From positions 184,575 through 248,574 of the IMG/VR virus record IMGVR_UViG_3300009011_000001: a stretch of 64,000 nucleotides of DNA; one strand, given 5' to 3'. Positions within the stretch are counted from its first letter, which is position 1, and every line of letters starts with the position of its first letter. Positions 26,669 through 36,489 of the stretch are shown piece after piece. A program made the position numbers and the translations under genes. The notes under the pieces were generated by a model. It made no database searches and was not told the DNA's origin. It saw nothing but the letters and a program-made list of their open reading frames with translations.

Positions 26669-26704
26669 ACCGCCTCACAGAAGGCTTTTAACAGGGTTCA
26701 CGAA

Positions 26705-27262
26705 ATGGACAAACCCATTGAACTGCGGTTCATTCCACTGTGGTTAAGTAAGGTGGTGTCGTACTACAACACCGACCCAAAAGAATTCGAGAGCATAGTA
26801 TCGAGCCACGATCAAAAGCTCTTTAAAGTGGCAAATCACCTGCTCCGTTCAAAGCTTAAGCTGATGGGTATCAATGATTATGTTTTCCCGGCCGCTGACC
26901 TGGAAGACCCCTTCGATACCGATGATGCGCTCTTTGCATTGTTCGGCAATAACGAAGATCGCCACAAGCTGGCTGATTTTGTGCTCAGTCATTTCGTCAT
27001 TGTTCCAGATAAGTATGATGGCATCCTGCTGATTCAAAAGCCTGCAGGTGAGCCTGAAAAAGATTTGGTCTATGAGTTGCTGTCCGCCCTGGCTACTTAC
27101 CGGGGTAAGGATATCGCTTATGCCTCTGACCTGTTCAGAGAATATCTGGTTGCCGTGAATAAAAACAACGGCCGACCAGCGACCGCCAAAGAATTTCATG
27201 AGCGTCTTAAGGAACGGCTGAAGAAACAAGCCAGCGGTGACGAGAACGACGCCAAGGACTAA
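26705..27262 (+). CDS. Hypothetical protein
   Basis: 185-aa ORF between helicase and capsid genes. Confidence 0.75.
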   Translation: MDKPIELRFIPLWLSKVVSYYNTDPKEFESIVSSHDQKLFKVANHLLRSKLKLMGINDYVFPAADLEDPFDTDDALFALFGNNEDRHKLADFVLSHFVIVPDKYDGILLIQKPAGEPEKDLVYELLSALATYRGKDIAYASDLFREYLVAVNKNNGRPATAKEFHERLKERLKKQASGDENDAKD

Positions 27263-27275
27263 GTTGTAAATGTGT

Positions 27276-27400
27276 TATGTGTAAAACGCCCCGCGGGTCG
27301 TAGGGTTGCCTTTGGTAGTCGACTACTTTAGGGACGGGCGCAATCCTAAAACAAAGCTTTGTAAAAATACGGCTATCTGGTAGCTATTTGGAGCATCAAG
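27276..27400 (+). promoter_or_regulatory. Late promoter (TATG) and structured leader of the capsid mRNA
   Basis: TATG 27276-27279; stem 27301-27309/27340-27348. Confidence 0.5.
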
Positions 27401-27401
27401 C

Positions 27402-29684
27402 ATGAGTCTTATCCGCATCAATAAGGAACAGTACAAAACTCGTTCCGGCCTGGACGTATCCGCGATCCAGTCTCACGTCAATGCCGGCGGCGCGTACAGC
27501 GTTGAAGGTAAAGACCTGGTCCTGTCGCTGAAAGACGGCAGCTTCGAAAGCAAAGCGAACCTGGGCACCATCGCTGACCGCCTGAAGGGCGTTCTGAGCC
27601 TGGAATCGGCCAAGCCTGCTGGCGACGCTCCTGACTACGGCGCGGCTAGCCGTCAAGCTGGTCTGGCCATGGCTTCGATGATCATGGCGTTCGGTGCTTC
27701 GCCTGCCGAATACATGCGTCAACAAGTTTCGTTCGAACAGAAGGCCATGCCTGAAGGTTCGACCATCGCCAACGCCACCGGCCTGGAACACGACTCGATC
27801 ACCGAGTTCTACTCCAAGGAATCGTTCGACAACCAAAACCTGGTTGACGCCCTGTTCCTGTCCGTCGGCGTGAACTACAAGATCGCTCGCCAGGGCCCTG
27901 CAATGGACATGATGTATCGTCCGCTGCCGATGACCCCGGACCAAGGCGCTTTCGACATCGAAATCCCTTGCCTGTACGTTCAGAACAACGTCAAGCACAG
28001 CGCTGACGGCACCCCTTCGGATTTCGGTCTGCGCCGCGTTCTCGACGCCGCGATCGACCACGAAATCCTGAACGACAACGCCACTGCCATCATCCCTGGT
28101 TACAACGATACCACCAAGGATAACTTCGTCGACACCGCGATCGTCGCACCGTTTGACAAAGAAGAAGGCCGCCGCGTCGTCAAGACCTCCGCTCTGAAGG
28201 TCAACCGCACCATCCAGCTCTTCGGCCTGGGTAACGTCGACAACGTTCAACGCGTTGGTCAAGCCGACTACTCCGAAGCACTGGACCGCAACATCGGTGT
28301 TGCTACCGTGTTCCTGCGCCTGGGTTCCGACACCCTGGCCGTCGACACCCGCATGGCTCCGTACAGCCGCTTCTACAAAGGTCCAGAACAGGGCGGCCGT
28401 TCGGTCAAACTGTCCTTCCCAGTGACCCTGATGGAGCTGAACAAAGACAGCCTGAACTACCTCGGCGAAGATCTGACCACTGCGGTGTTCCAGACCATCA
28501 AAGACGGCAAGTACAACGTTCGTCTGAAGTTCACCCTGAACGGCGAAGGCGACGTAGAGCGTGGTACCGTCAACGTTTCTCCGACCAACGTCGAAGTAAT
28601 GTCGATCTACGACGAACTGGGCGCTCTGGTTTCGCTGACCGGCACCATCGGCGCTGGCATCGTCAGCGGCCTGCAGGCTCTGGTTGTTTCCGGCTGGTAC
28701 CCTGATGCCCGCCTGACCAACAGCAACCACCGTTACCTGGGTCTGCAACTGAACACCCGTCCGGTGCGTGAGCGTCTGCTCAGCCGTACTCGTGCTCCGT
28801 TCTTCGTTCCTTACCCACTGGGTGAAGAGCGCGACCAGACCATCCTGGACCAACTGACCTACGTTGTCGGCCAATACACCAACAACGAAGCCATCGGTAC
28901 CATGATCGGTTACCACGAGCGCACCATGCGTCTGTCGAACGGCGGCCTGCGTGGCAACCTGACCATGGGTGACTTCGAGCTGAACTCGAAGCCTATCGAA
29001 GGTATCAGCCGCTGGTTGATCAACCCGTACGTCGTCGAGCTGAACGTCGACTTCCGCAACGCGCAATCGACCGAAACCGCGAACAACGTCGAGAACGCCT
29101 GCGAAACTCTGTACAACGTTCTGCGTTCCGCTGCGTTCGACGGTCTGCAAGCTTCCAACTACGAAACCGTGTGCCGGTTCGTGGATGGCGGCGAGATCGC
29201 CAACAAGTGGCGCCTGGCTATCGTTACCAGCCCGAAAATCAAGCGTTTCCTCACCCTGCAAGGCGACAGCCGGACCCTGGGCGCGGATCTGCCATTCCAG
29301 CTGGAAAGCGATATCGACAACCGTATGGTTGGCAAGCTGTACATGGGTCTGGTGCGCGACGGCGACGGTTTCGACCCGATGTCGAACGGCATCATGCTGC
29401 TCACCCCGACGATGGTTACCACCATCACGGCGACCCGCGACAACTCGCCGCGTAAAGAAGCTGTGGTTCAACCGCGCTTCCAACACTACCAGATCCTCCC
29501 GTGGCTGATCAAAGTCAACGTGGCTGGTGTGGACGAACTGCTGGAAGAAACCCTACCTTTTCGTGTCGAAAACAAGCCGGTTACAACTTTCGGTGGTAGC
29601 GCCATCGGCGGCACTGGGACCGGTGGTTCCGGGACTCCGCCAGTAGGTGGTGACGACGACACCGGTGGTGGTACTCAGCCGTAA
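27402..29684 (+). CDS. Major capsid protein (phiKZ gp120-like)
   Basis: 760 aa, extreme codon bias, propeptide with S/G-x-E sites ending SKE/SFDNQNL, ARLTNSNHR, VQPRFQH; gene order. Confidence 0.9.
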   Translation: MSLIRINKEQYKTRSGLDVSAIQSHVNAGGAYSVEGKDLVLSLKDGSFESKANLGTIADRLKGVLSLESAKPAGDAPDYGAASRQAGLAMASMIMAFGASPAEYMRQQVSFEQKAMPEGSTIANATGLEHDSITEFYSKESFDNQNLVDALFLSVGVNYKIARQGPAMDMMYRPLPMTPDQGAFDIEIPCLYVQNNVKHSADGTPSDFGLRRVLDAAIDHEILNDNATAIIPGYNDTTKDNFVDTAIVAPFDKEEGRRVVKTSALKVNRTIQLFGLGNVDNVQRVGQADYSEALDRNIGVATVFLRLGSDTLAVDTRMAPYSRFYKGPEQGGRSVKLSFPVTLMELNKDSLNYLGEDLTTAVFQTIKDGKYNVRLKFTLNGEGDVERGTVNVSPTNVEVMSIYDELGALVSLTGTIGAGIVSGLQALVVSGWYPDARLTNSNHRYLGLQLNTRPVRERLLSRTRAPFFVPYPLGEERDQTILDQLTYVVGQYTNNEAIGTMIGYHERTMRLSNGGLRGNLTMGDFELNSKPIEGISRWLINPYVVELNVDFRNAQSTETANNVENACETLYNVLRSAAFDGLQASNYETVCRFVDGGEIANKWRLAIVTSPKIKRFLTLQGDSRTLGADLPFQLESDIDNRMVGKLYMGLVRDGDGFDPMSNGIMLLTPTMVTTITATRDNSPRKEAVVQPRFQHYQILPWLIKVNVAGVDELLEETLPFRVENKPVTTFGGSAIGGTGTGGSGTPPVGGDDDTGGGTQP

Positions 29685-29707
29685 GGTTGGGTTGTAACAC
29701 TGCTTAA

Positions 29708-29750
29708 CATAGAGCCGGGCCTTGTGCCCGGCTCTATGCTGTTTATGTCC
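29708..29750 (+). terminator. Hairpin-TATGC terminator
   Basis: catagagccgggc-cttgt-gcccggctctatgctg. Confidence 0.75.
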
Positions 29751-29879
29751 ATTTTCTAGTCTAAGCTTTTTTACTGATACATTATCTAATAGTACAGACT
29801 TTCTCTTTGTAGAGCGGAAAGCATTGTCGGAGGGGTGAAGATATTCCCCAGAGTAAAATTAAACTAGAGAGCATTACCT

Positions 29880-30995
29880 ATGACACTCACCGATCATCGG
29901 TTATCAGTGTTGGATTCATGTTCCTATAGTGCCCGCCATGGGAGTTTCATCCTCACGGATGATACTAACAGTAGCTATTCGAAACATGTGAGGTACATCA
30001 ACAATACCTCGCTGGAAATCGACTTCAAGGAGCGGTCTGGTGTAGTCGTATCCACCAAGCCGTCGCCGTATCAACAAACTCGGGTTCAGTCAATTGAAGT
30101 TGAAGTCGAGTGGCGCATGACGAACAGGTTGTTTAAAGAAACAGCCGATCGGTTAGCTATGGGTCATCCTGGTGATCCGCTTCTCAAAGTTGTGGTTCAT
30201 GCTTTCGACGATCGCGTACGTCGTAATGGCGATGAGACACAAACTTTCTCGATGACGCTTAACGTTAGCCTTCCACTGGATTCGCTCCGGGAAGCTGGCG
30301 GTAATCTGTATCTGGAAGAGCTGGATGTAACACTGGCGATGCCAATCATGCCAGGAGCGACGGCAATCAACCATCCGTTTGAGCCTCGCGAGCGAGTAAA
30401 GAAAGCCTTTGCAGGTGTCGTCCCGTTCGTCACCCCTGAGACTTTTCTGATCTCACTCAAAGCTGTGAACAACGATAATGTTGCAAAAAATCATGATCGT
30501 TTTATGCTGTTTGGTGGTCATGTGTATAAAGTCCCGGTTGAGCGCGATCTGCACAATCGGGATGGAATCCACGTTGTCCGAAGGCGGAATGCCGAGAGTG
30601 ACCCACCGGACGCTGGCGATGTCATTAAGGAGCATCTTACCTTCGAAGAAGCAGATAAGAGATTCCGGTTGTACGATAGTGTTGAAATGGCCCGCAAGAT
30701 GGGCGACCCGGAAGTGCACTTCAAGCTTGAATTAGCAGAAATGCAAAAGCAGCTGAAGATCGATGAGATTGCGCAGAAACGAGCAGACGCAGATGAGGCA
30801 GCAAGGCTTGCAGAAAGTCGGCAACGACTGGAACGCGAGCGATTACTTGCAGCTCAGCAGAAAGCTCAGGAAGACCTGGCAAAGGATAAGGTTAGAAACT
30901 TCTCCGATTGGATGGGTCTGTGCGGCAAGTTCTTGTTGGTAGCTCTAGGGGCGATAACTACGCTTGCGAAGTTAAGTACCTTAAAACCAGCATAA
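29880..30995 (+). CDS. Conserved jumbo-phage protein with C-terminal coiled coil and TM segment
   Basis: 371 aa between the capsid and RNAP subunit genes; upstream CTGATACATTAT promoter-like motif. Confidence 0.8.
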   Translation: MTLTDHRLSVLDSCSYSARHGSFILTDDTNSSYSKHVRYINNTSLEIDFKERSGVVVSTKPSPYQQTRVQSIEVEVEWRMTNRLFKETADRLAMGHPGDPLLKVVVHAFDDRVRRNGDETQTFSMTLNVSLPLDSLREAGGNLYLEELDVTLAMPIMPGATAINHPFEPRERVKKAFAGVVPFVTPETFLISLKAVNNDNVAKNHDRFMLFGGHVYKVPVERDLHNRDGIHVVRRRNAESDPPDAGDVIKEHLTFEEADKRFRLYDSVEMARKMGDPEVHFKLELAEMQKQLKIDEIAQKRADADEAARLAESRQRLERERLLAAQQKAQEDLAKDKVRNFSDWMGLCGKFLLVALGAITTLAKLSTLKPA

Positions 30996-31004
30996 AGGCC
31001 GAGT

Positions 31005-32648
31005 ATGGATATTGAGTGGTTCAATGAATTACAGGCTGACAGGCCAAAGTTCAATCAAAACGTCATTGACGGTTTGGCTTACAAGGAATTGCAACATGCT
31101 GAAAAGCGCGTGGACAACATCATCCATTGCGCAGAGCCGAGCTTTCCTGACAAGTTTGAGTTTTGGGAGTCAAAAGTCTGTGGACCACGGGAGACGTTCA
31201 ACGTCATTGCGGGCGGTCTGACAAAGTCCAACCGCATGCCGCCGACTATCGATCTGGCCGTCACCGATGTCAAGTTGGTGAAGTTCCAATTCGGTTTCGA
31301 TGGACGCGCTCTCTATCCGCGATACTTCTACATTCCGTACTCCCGCTTAGGCGGGTTCATGGGGATTGCAGGTAACCAGTTCCTGATCAGTGCCGTGCTG
31401 GCAGATCCATGCTTCAGCGTGGGTGTGGATCACGTCTTCCTCCGCGTGAACCGTGCACCGATGACTTTCAAACTCGTCGACACAACCATGCGGATCGATG
31501 GCGCTCTGACCAGCCGGGACATCCCCTACAGTTGGCTGCACCACAAAGGCGCCACTAACAAGACGTCGGAAAGTGATGTATTGCAGTTGGGGCATGTTGT
31601 TACGACACTACCGCATTATTTGTTCTGCAAATACGGTCTGAAGGAAGCTTTCAAGAAGTTCTGTAAGGTCGACGTCATCATTCAACATGAAGACGATCCG
31701 GTAGATTCGAAAAACTACGTGGTCTTCTCCAGTCAGAAAGTCAACAAGCCTCGCACTCTGAAAATGAAGGCGGAGCTGTACAAGTTGATTGCTTCTCCAT
31801 TGGTGCTACTCGTGCCACGGAAGCAGCACACTGAACTGGTCACGCAGTTTGCAAGCGCTTTCTTTTACATCGTGGACCATTTCCCTCAGGCGTTGGATAT
31901 CGATGACCTGATGGGTGATGAACTCTGGAAGGTGTGGTTGGGGTACGTGTTGTTCGGGGACCAGCTGGGCCGCCACAAGCTTGTAGAGAACGTGGAGAAC
32001 CATTTGGTCAGGGGTATCGACGAGTATGTCGATCATGACTGCCGACAGATGCTGTACGACGAAGAAGATTTGGTCATCAACGATATTTACGAGTTGTTCA
32101 TTTACTTGATCAATAACATCAAGCGAATGATTCAGAACAACGAGAAAGATATCGCGAGCATGTTCGGCAAACGACTGATGGTAGCGCCGTATGTATTGCG
32201 CGACATCACCAGTCAGGTAATGCGCTGTCTGTTCGAGATCACCAATAACCGGAAGAAAGTTCTCAAATACGACGACTATAACAAGATCCTTGGTAAATTC
32301 TTCAGGCACACAGAAGTGTTCAACCTGCGGAAGACCAACGAGAAACGGTTCATGTCCTCGGTTTCAACCCCCGGCGATAACCTCCTCTTCAAGCTGACGA
32401 CCAAAATCGTTAAGCAAGCGCACACGTCTGGTAGCAAGAAAGCTCCATCCGTAAACGTAAACGACCCTTCAAGCTGGTTGCACTACTCGGCTCTTGAAGC
32501 GGGTAACTTTGGTCTGCTGCCGAAACACGGCCCGCTGGCTAGCAACACGCTTAATCCGACTGTACAGTTGGATGAGAACAACACCATCGTAGAGAAGGAA
32601 CATTTGAAAGCCACGAACGCTTATGTAAATTCCGTAATTCATCGTTAA
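31005..32648 (+). CDS. Non-virion RNA polymerase beta-type subunit (phiKZ gp123-like)
   Basis: PKFNQNVIDGLA, YIPY...G..F.ISAVLAD; size and gene order. Confidence 0.8.
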   Translation: MDIEWFNELQADRPKFNQNVIDGLAYKELQHAEKRVDNIIHCAEPSFPDKFEFWESKVCGPRETFNVIAGGLTKSNRMPPTIDLAVTDVKLVKFQFGFDGRALYPRYFYIPYSRLGGFMGIAGNQFLISAVLADPCFSVGVDHVFLRVNRAPMTFKLVDTTMRIDGALTSRDIPYSWLHHKGATNKTSESDVLQLGHVVTTLPHYLFCKYGLKEAFKKFCKVDVIIQHEDDPVDSKNYVVFSSQKVNKPRTLKMKAELYKLIASPLVLLVPRKQHTELVTQFASAFFYIVDHFPQALDIDDLMGDELWKVWLGYVLFGDQLGRHKLVENVENHLVRGIDEYVDHDCRQMLYDEEDLVINDIYELFIYLINNIKRMIQNNEKDIASMFGKRLMVAPYVLRDITSQVMRCLFEITNNRKKVLKYDDYNKILGKFFRHTEVFNLRKTNEKRFMSSVSTPGDNLLFKLTTKIVKQAHTSGSKKAPSVNVNDPSSWLHYSALEAGNFGLLPKHGPLASNTLNPTVQLDENNTIVEKEHLKATNAYVNSVIHR

Positions 32649-32672
32649 AACCGCCCAACACCTGGAGTGCCT

Positions 32673-34547
32673 ATGTTTAATAGTGAGGGAGACCGTCGGC
32701 TAACCGACTACGTCTTCAAGGGTTGCGCTGAAGTCATCGACAAGTTGGCGAGGCAGAATGACCTCCGCTACAAGTACGCCGACATCATGGCCGCAAACCG
32801 TTGGGTAAACCGCGACATGGATGGTTTGGTTAACGCCATCGTAGGTGCCCTGCCTGTTCTCGAGAAGCAGCTTGCCCGAGCCAATGATCGATTGCAGGAT
32901 TGGATTGACAATGCCATTGCGATGATGGTTGATGGTCACTTTGCAGGTGTCGTCCTGAAAAGCTCTGCTGCCGACAGTCTCGACAATCAGACCTTTCAGG
33001 AAATGAAGCGTGAAGCAAACGCATTCATCGACATCTGCAATGATCGGGGAGGCGGCGGCCGAGGCTACGATCGTGGTGGGGATTACGGCGGCAGTAGCTA
33101 TGGTCGCGGTACTTCCGACATCGGTCAGATCGCTACCGGCTATGGTCATCAGCGGAATGGTGGTGGCGGAGCAGCTGGTCTTGATGACGGTTGGTCTGCG
33201 ATTGCCAAAGCTGCAACCACCGGTCTCGACGAACCCCGTGAAGAACCACGTCGTGAGGAGCCAGCTCGTCGCGCAGATCCACTGCCGAACGAAACTCCTC
33301 TGGCATACCGCGAGCCTGAAGTTCCACTGACCGCCATCGAAGGCCCTGATTACACCAAGGCCGATCCGTGGAAAGAGTTTTGGCAACAAGGCGAGCACTG
33401 GCAAGTCGCGCACCACAGCAAGTGGAAGCTGACCGAAGCCCTGGACGGCGAAATCCGTAAAGGCATCGAGCTGGTCCCGCGGTATTACGACATCAACACT
33501 CATCTCAAATATTACGTCATGAATCAAAGCGGCGAAGTCCGCGAGGAGTTAATCGAAGTGAACGACGACAACAAGTATCAGGCTCACCAATTGCGTTCCA
33601 CTCAAGAAAGCGACTTCAAGCCACCTGTTCGCAGCGCCGGCATGTCCCTGAACCCTCGCGCCAACAAGCCGCTGGAAGATGACATAGCTGCTGACGTCCT
33701 CGACGATGCTCCGGTTCCTGACCTGGTAGCGATGCTCAGCGCCGTAAACGAAGAGCAAATGATCTCCGACACCGAGCCAGCGCTGATCACCGACAGCATG
33801 GCAGCAGCCGTATTCAGCAGCCGAGCCAAAATGCTCAGCGCCGGTGCGGTCAACCGTGTTGAACTGTCGGTCATGCGTACCCCGGTGGTGATCCGTGACC
33901 TGGAACAAGTCGAGCTGATCAACCGTGTCTTCGAAAGCCCGACTCTGCTGGCTGCTGCGAACGCAATGAACGACCTGAAAGGGCAGTTCGAACCGAATCT
34001 GTGGTTCGTGCTGAACCGCCGGATCACCGAGAAGCTGCAACACGCTACTCGTTACGCGTTCCAGTACAACGGCCTGACCGACGCGGTGAACTTCGCCGAT
34101 CACTTCGAGAAGATCATCAACCACGTCGCTGGCAAGCGCGGCCAAGAATGGGCAGCTGCTTACGCCGGTCGGGCGAAATACGTTCTGGCAACGGCATGTG
34201 GCCACCTGAACCCCGATGATTTGTCTGACGGCCTGTCCGGTCTGGGCAGTCCTGAAAACATCAACGCAGTCGTCTTCGCCGACTATCAGGTAATCGTCTC
34301 TCTCGATTACACCCTCGATCAGATTGGCCTGGGCAAAGCTCTGGTCCAAAACGAAATGGGGCTCGCAGTAACTCAGACGGACCATCCGAAACTTCATGCT
34401 GCGCTCCTGCGCGTCTACAAGAAGCTGGATGAGTTCTACTCCGCCGTACAAGTCCGCGTCGTGATTTCGACTTCGGATAATCGGTTGGTTGAAATCGTGC
34501 CGTATAGCGCCAAGACTTCGTCCTTCGTGCTGGCATTGCTCTCCTAA
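32673..34547 (+). CDS. Large hypothetical protein with RGG/YGG low-complexity linker
   Basis: GGAG SD; DRGGGGRGYDRGGDYGGSSYGRG. Confidence 0.85.
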   Translation: MFNSEGDRRLTDYVFKGCAEVIDKLARQNDLRYKYADIMAANRWVNRDMDGLVNAIVGALPVLEKQLARANDRLQDWIDNAIAMMVDGHFAGVVLKSSAADSLDNQTFQEMKREANAFIDICNDRGGGGRGYDRGGDYGGSSYGRGTSDIGQIATGYGHQRNGGGGAAGLDDGWSAIAKAATTGLDEPREEPRREEPARRADPLPNETPLAYREPEVPLTAIEGPDYTKADPWKEFWQQGEHWQVAHHSKWKLTEALDGEIRKGIELVPRYYDINTHLKYYVMNQSGEVREELIEVNDDNKYQAHQLRSTQESDFKPPVRSAGMSLNPRANKPLEDDIAADVLDDAPVPDLVAMLSAVNEEQMISDTEPALITDSMAAAVFSSRAKMLSAGAVNRVELSVMRTPVVIRDLEQVELINRVFESPTLLAAANAMNDLKGQFEPNLWFVLNRRITEKLQHATRYAFQYNGLTDAVNFADHFEKIINHVAGKRGQEWAAAYAGRAKYVLATACGHLNPDDLSDGLSGLGSPENINAVVFADYQVIVSLDYTLDQIGLGKALVQNEMGLAVTQTDHPKLHAALLRVYKKLDEFYSAVQVRVVISTSDNRLVEIVPYSAKTSSFVLALLS

Positions 34548-34548
34548 C

Positions 34549-34679
34549 CGACTTCCGCTCTACAAAGCCCGAAGTCGAAAGTAACATCAACACCGCATGG
34601 CGCGGTGCAGGTCGAGTCCGTAGTCACTAATGTGATTACGGCCGCCTGCGGGGTAAAACCTGCAGGCGTGTTTTTTTTT
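34549..34679 (+). promoter_or_regulatory. Four-hairpin structured leader ending in an intrinsic terminator
   Basis: Stems 34549-55/34571-77, 34591-96/34602-07, 34618-27/34632-41; terminator 34643-34668 followed by T9. Confidence 0.55.
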
Positions 34680-34694
34680 GTCGAGGAGGCAGTA

Positions 34695-35330
34695 ATGAGC
34701 ATCATCGAACAATTGGCTTTCCATGGTGGTTCTTCCGATTCGTTTGAGGCTGCAAAGGTCGAGTACGAAATCGAGATCTACCTTGAAGGTTTCGACATCG
34801 AAGAGATCAAGGCTAGCGCCGCGTCTTACGAGGTTCAGGAACAATGGGGTATCTACGTTCCCAAGACTGATCAAAACGCCTCAGGCGGCTCTATGCGCGT
34901 TCGTAGAACCGATACTGAAGGTGGCGAGAGCAAGTTTGAGAACACCACCAAGCTTGAGCGTCCAGGTCAAGGCAAACCGGAGCATGAAACCGATGCCCAT
35001 CCTGACCTGTTCGAGATGTACAAGCTGCTGGCCGACCAAGGTCTGATCAAGACCCGCTACAACGTCCCAGCCACTTTGCAGGACGGTACTGAATACACCC
35101 TTGAAGTGGACGTGTTCTACAACAAGAAAGGTGAGTTGGTTCCGTGGTGTAAGATTGATGCTGAGTTCCCTGAAGGTTCCGAGGTTAAGTTGACCAAGGA
35201 AGACATCCCCTTCAGCTACAGCGATATCATCATCTGCACCCCTGAGCAGAAAGGCGAAGACAAAGGTTTGGCCAAGCGTATTGGTGAACTGTACGTCAAG
35301 TATTTCCGTTCACCGAACGTCCACGTTTAA
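34695..35330 (+). CDS. CYTH-domain (triphosphate tunnel metalloenzyme) protein
   Basis: EYEIE, MRVRR, TTK, EHE, KTRY, LEVDVF, DAEF motifs; GAGGAGG SD. Confidence 0.75.
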   Translation: MSIIEQLAFHGGSSDSFEAAKVEYEIEIYLEGFDIEEIKASAASYEVQEQWGIYVPKTDQNASGGSMRVRRTDTEGGESKFENTTKLERPGQGKPEHETDAHPDLFEMYKLLADQGLIKTRYNVPATLQDGTEYTLEVDVFYNKKGELVPWCKIDAEFPEGSEVKLTKEDIPFSYSDIIICTPEQKGEDKGLAKRIGELYVKYFRSPNVHV

Positions 35331-35336
35331 TGCAGA

Positions 35337-35375
35337 CAGCATAGACCCCGGCCACTGCGGCCGGGGTCTATGTCG
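35337..35375. terminator. Bidirectional hairpin-TATG element
   Basis: cagcatagaccccggcc-actgc-ggccggggtctatgtcg. Confidence 0.75.
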
Positions 35376-35399
35376 TTTATAGCGTCATACCCAACGGTA

Positions 35400-35795
35400 T
35401 CAGGTACCGGTCACCAGCGACGCCAACAGCTTCAACATCTCAATGATGTCTGCTGAAGCACTACCCTTCAATGCCATGATGACAACAACGGCCGTAAACA
35501 CTGCACCTACACCACCAAGCATAATCTGGTGGTAAGTAACAGGGTTCATTGGACCTGTGGCAGGGAGAGGCGTTACAACATTGACATTACCAAGATTGGA
35601 ACCGTAGATCATTTCCTTGACACTAGGCTCCAACGTTTCAATGGCGTCCAGAATTTCCTTTGCCTCTGCGGTGAGTGGGTCCAACTGGTTTGCCTGAGGA
35701 AGGAACCCGTTGATAAGACTCACCAACGCACCTTCCCACGGGAAACCCACCGCCGGGTTCTTCGCCATCAACGCTACGGCGTCTCTAACGTTCAT
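35400..35795 (-). CDS. Membrane protein with C-terminal TM (holin-like candidate)
   Basis: IMLGGVGAVFTAVVVIMAL. Confidence 0.6.
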   Translation of the reverse strand: MNVRDAVALMAKNPAVGFPWEGALVSLINGFLPQANQLDPLTAEAKEILDAIETLEPSVKEMIYGSNLGNVNVVTPLPATGPMNPVTYHQIMLGGVGAVFTAVVVIMALKGSASADIIEMLKLLASLVTGT

Positions 35796-35819
35796 GAGAA
35801 CCCCCGGATATTGATTTTA

Positions 35820-36461
35820 CTATCTGCCTTGAAGTACAGAAAACTTTTCCATCTTTCCATCTTTATACCAGAACGCATTTAAGCTCGCGTGAGTTCCCTC
35901 GGCATGAGCTACAGCAATGGCATCAACCGCGTGCTCGTCAAGGTCGTCAAGAACCAACCCATTATCGAGAACAATATCCCTATTTATTTTTATCATCTCA
36001 CGGATGTGTTCTTTGCTATTCCCGTATTGGCCAACTGGGCAAACTGCCTTCTTAGCACTACCGGGAGAAATCCTGCTGAACTCAAGCGTGGTGCAATAGT
36101 CAAATGAAACCGAAGACAAATTGTCAATAGCGGTTGTTAACGCAGCAAATGAGTGCGCATGTAAATGTTGGAACGGGGCCTCACAGCCGATTACATCAGG
36201 GTCAAATTCGTTGAGCACCTCCCAAAACCAGGTTGCGATGACATCCAGTCGTGCTTGCATCTTCCCTCGTGCGTCAAGCTTCCCTTCATGACGCGTATAC
36301 GCAGTACGACTGGCGGTTAGTGTTTCAGCATGAACCACGGTAGACAGCCCCGTGACGAGGTGATGATCGACCACGGCAATACCGACAGTATCGGTACCGT
36401 TGTCGACACCCAATACGCGGTAAATGAGTTTTTCTTCCGTAAGATCGATCATGACACTCAT
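35820..36461 (-). CDS. ruvC: RuvC-like Holliday junction resolvase
   Basis: VLGVDNG, IGCE, PGSAKKAV, DEHAVDAIAVA catalytic acidic residues. Confidence 0.85.
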   Translation of the reverse strand: MSVMIDLTEEKLIYRVLGVDNGTDTVGIAVVDHHLVTGLSTVVHAETLTASRTAYTRHEGKLDARGKMQARLDVIATWFWEVLNEFDPDVIGCEAPFQHLHAHSFAALTTAIDNLSSVSFDYCTTLEFSRISPGSAKKAVCPVGQYGNSKEHIREMIKINRDIVLDNGLVLDDLDEHAVDAIAVAHAEGTHASLNAFWYKDGKMEKFSVLQGR

Positions 36462-36489
36462 GCGCCCCCTTTCAGAGGCGCAACTCCAT

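Noticed and set aside
27396-29486. 696-aa antisense ORF over the capsid gene (similarly 43043..45007 over the portal and 25103..26386 over the helicase)
   Set aside because: Expected shadow of strong codon bias; no SD and no protein-like features.
29545-29684. Codon-usage shift and CCT TTT CGT near the capsid C-terminus as a frameshift site
   Set aside because: Both alternative frames stop within about 30 codons and give no extended product.
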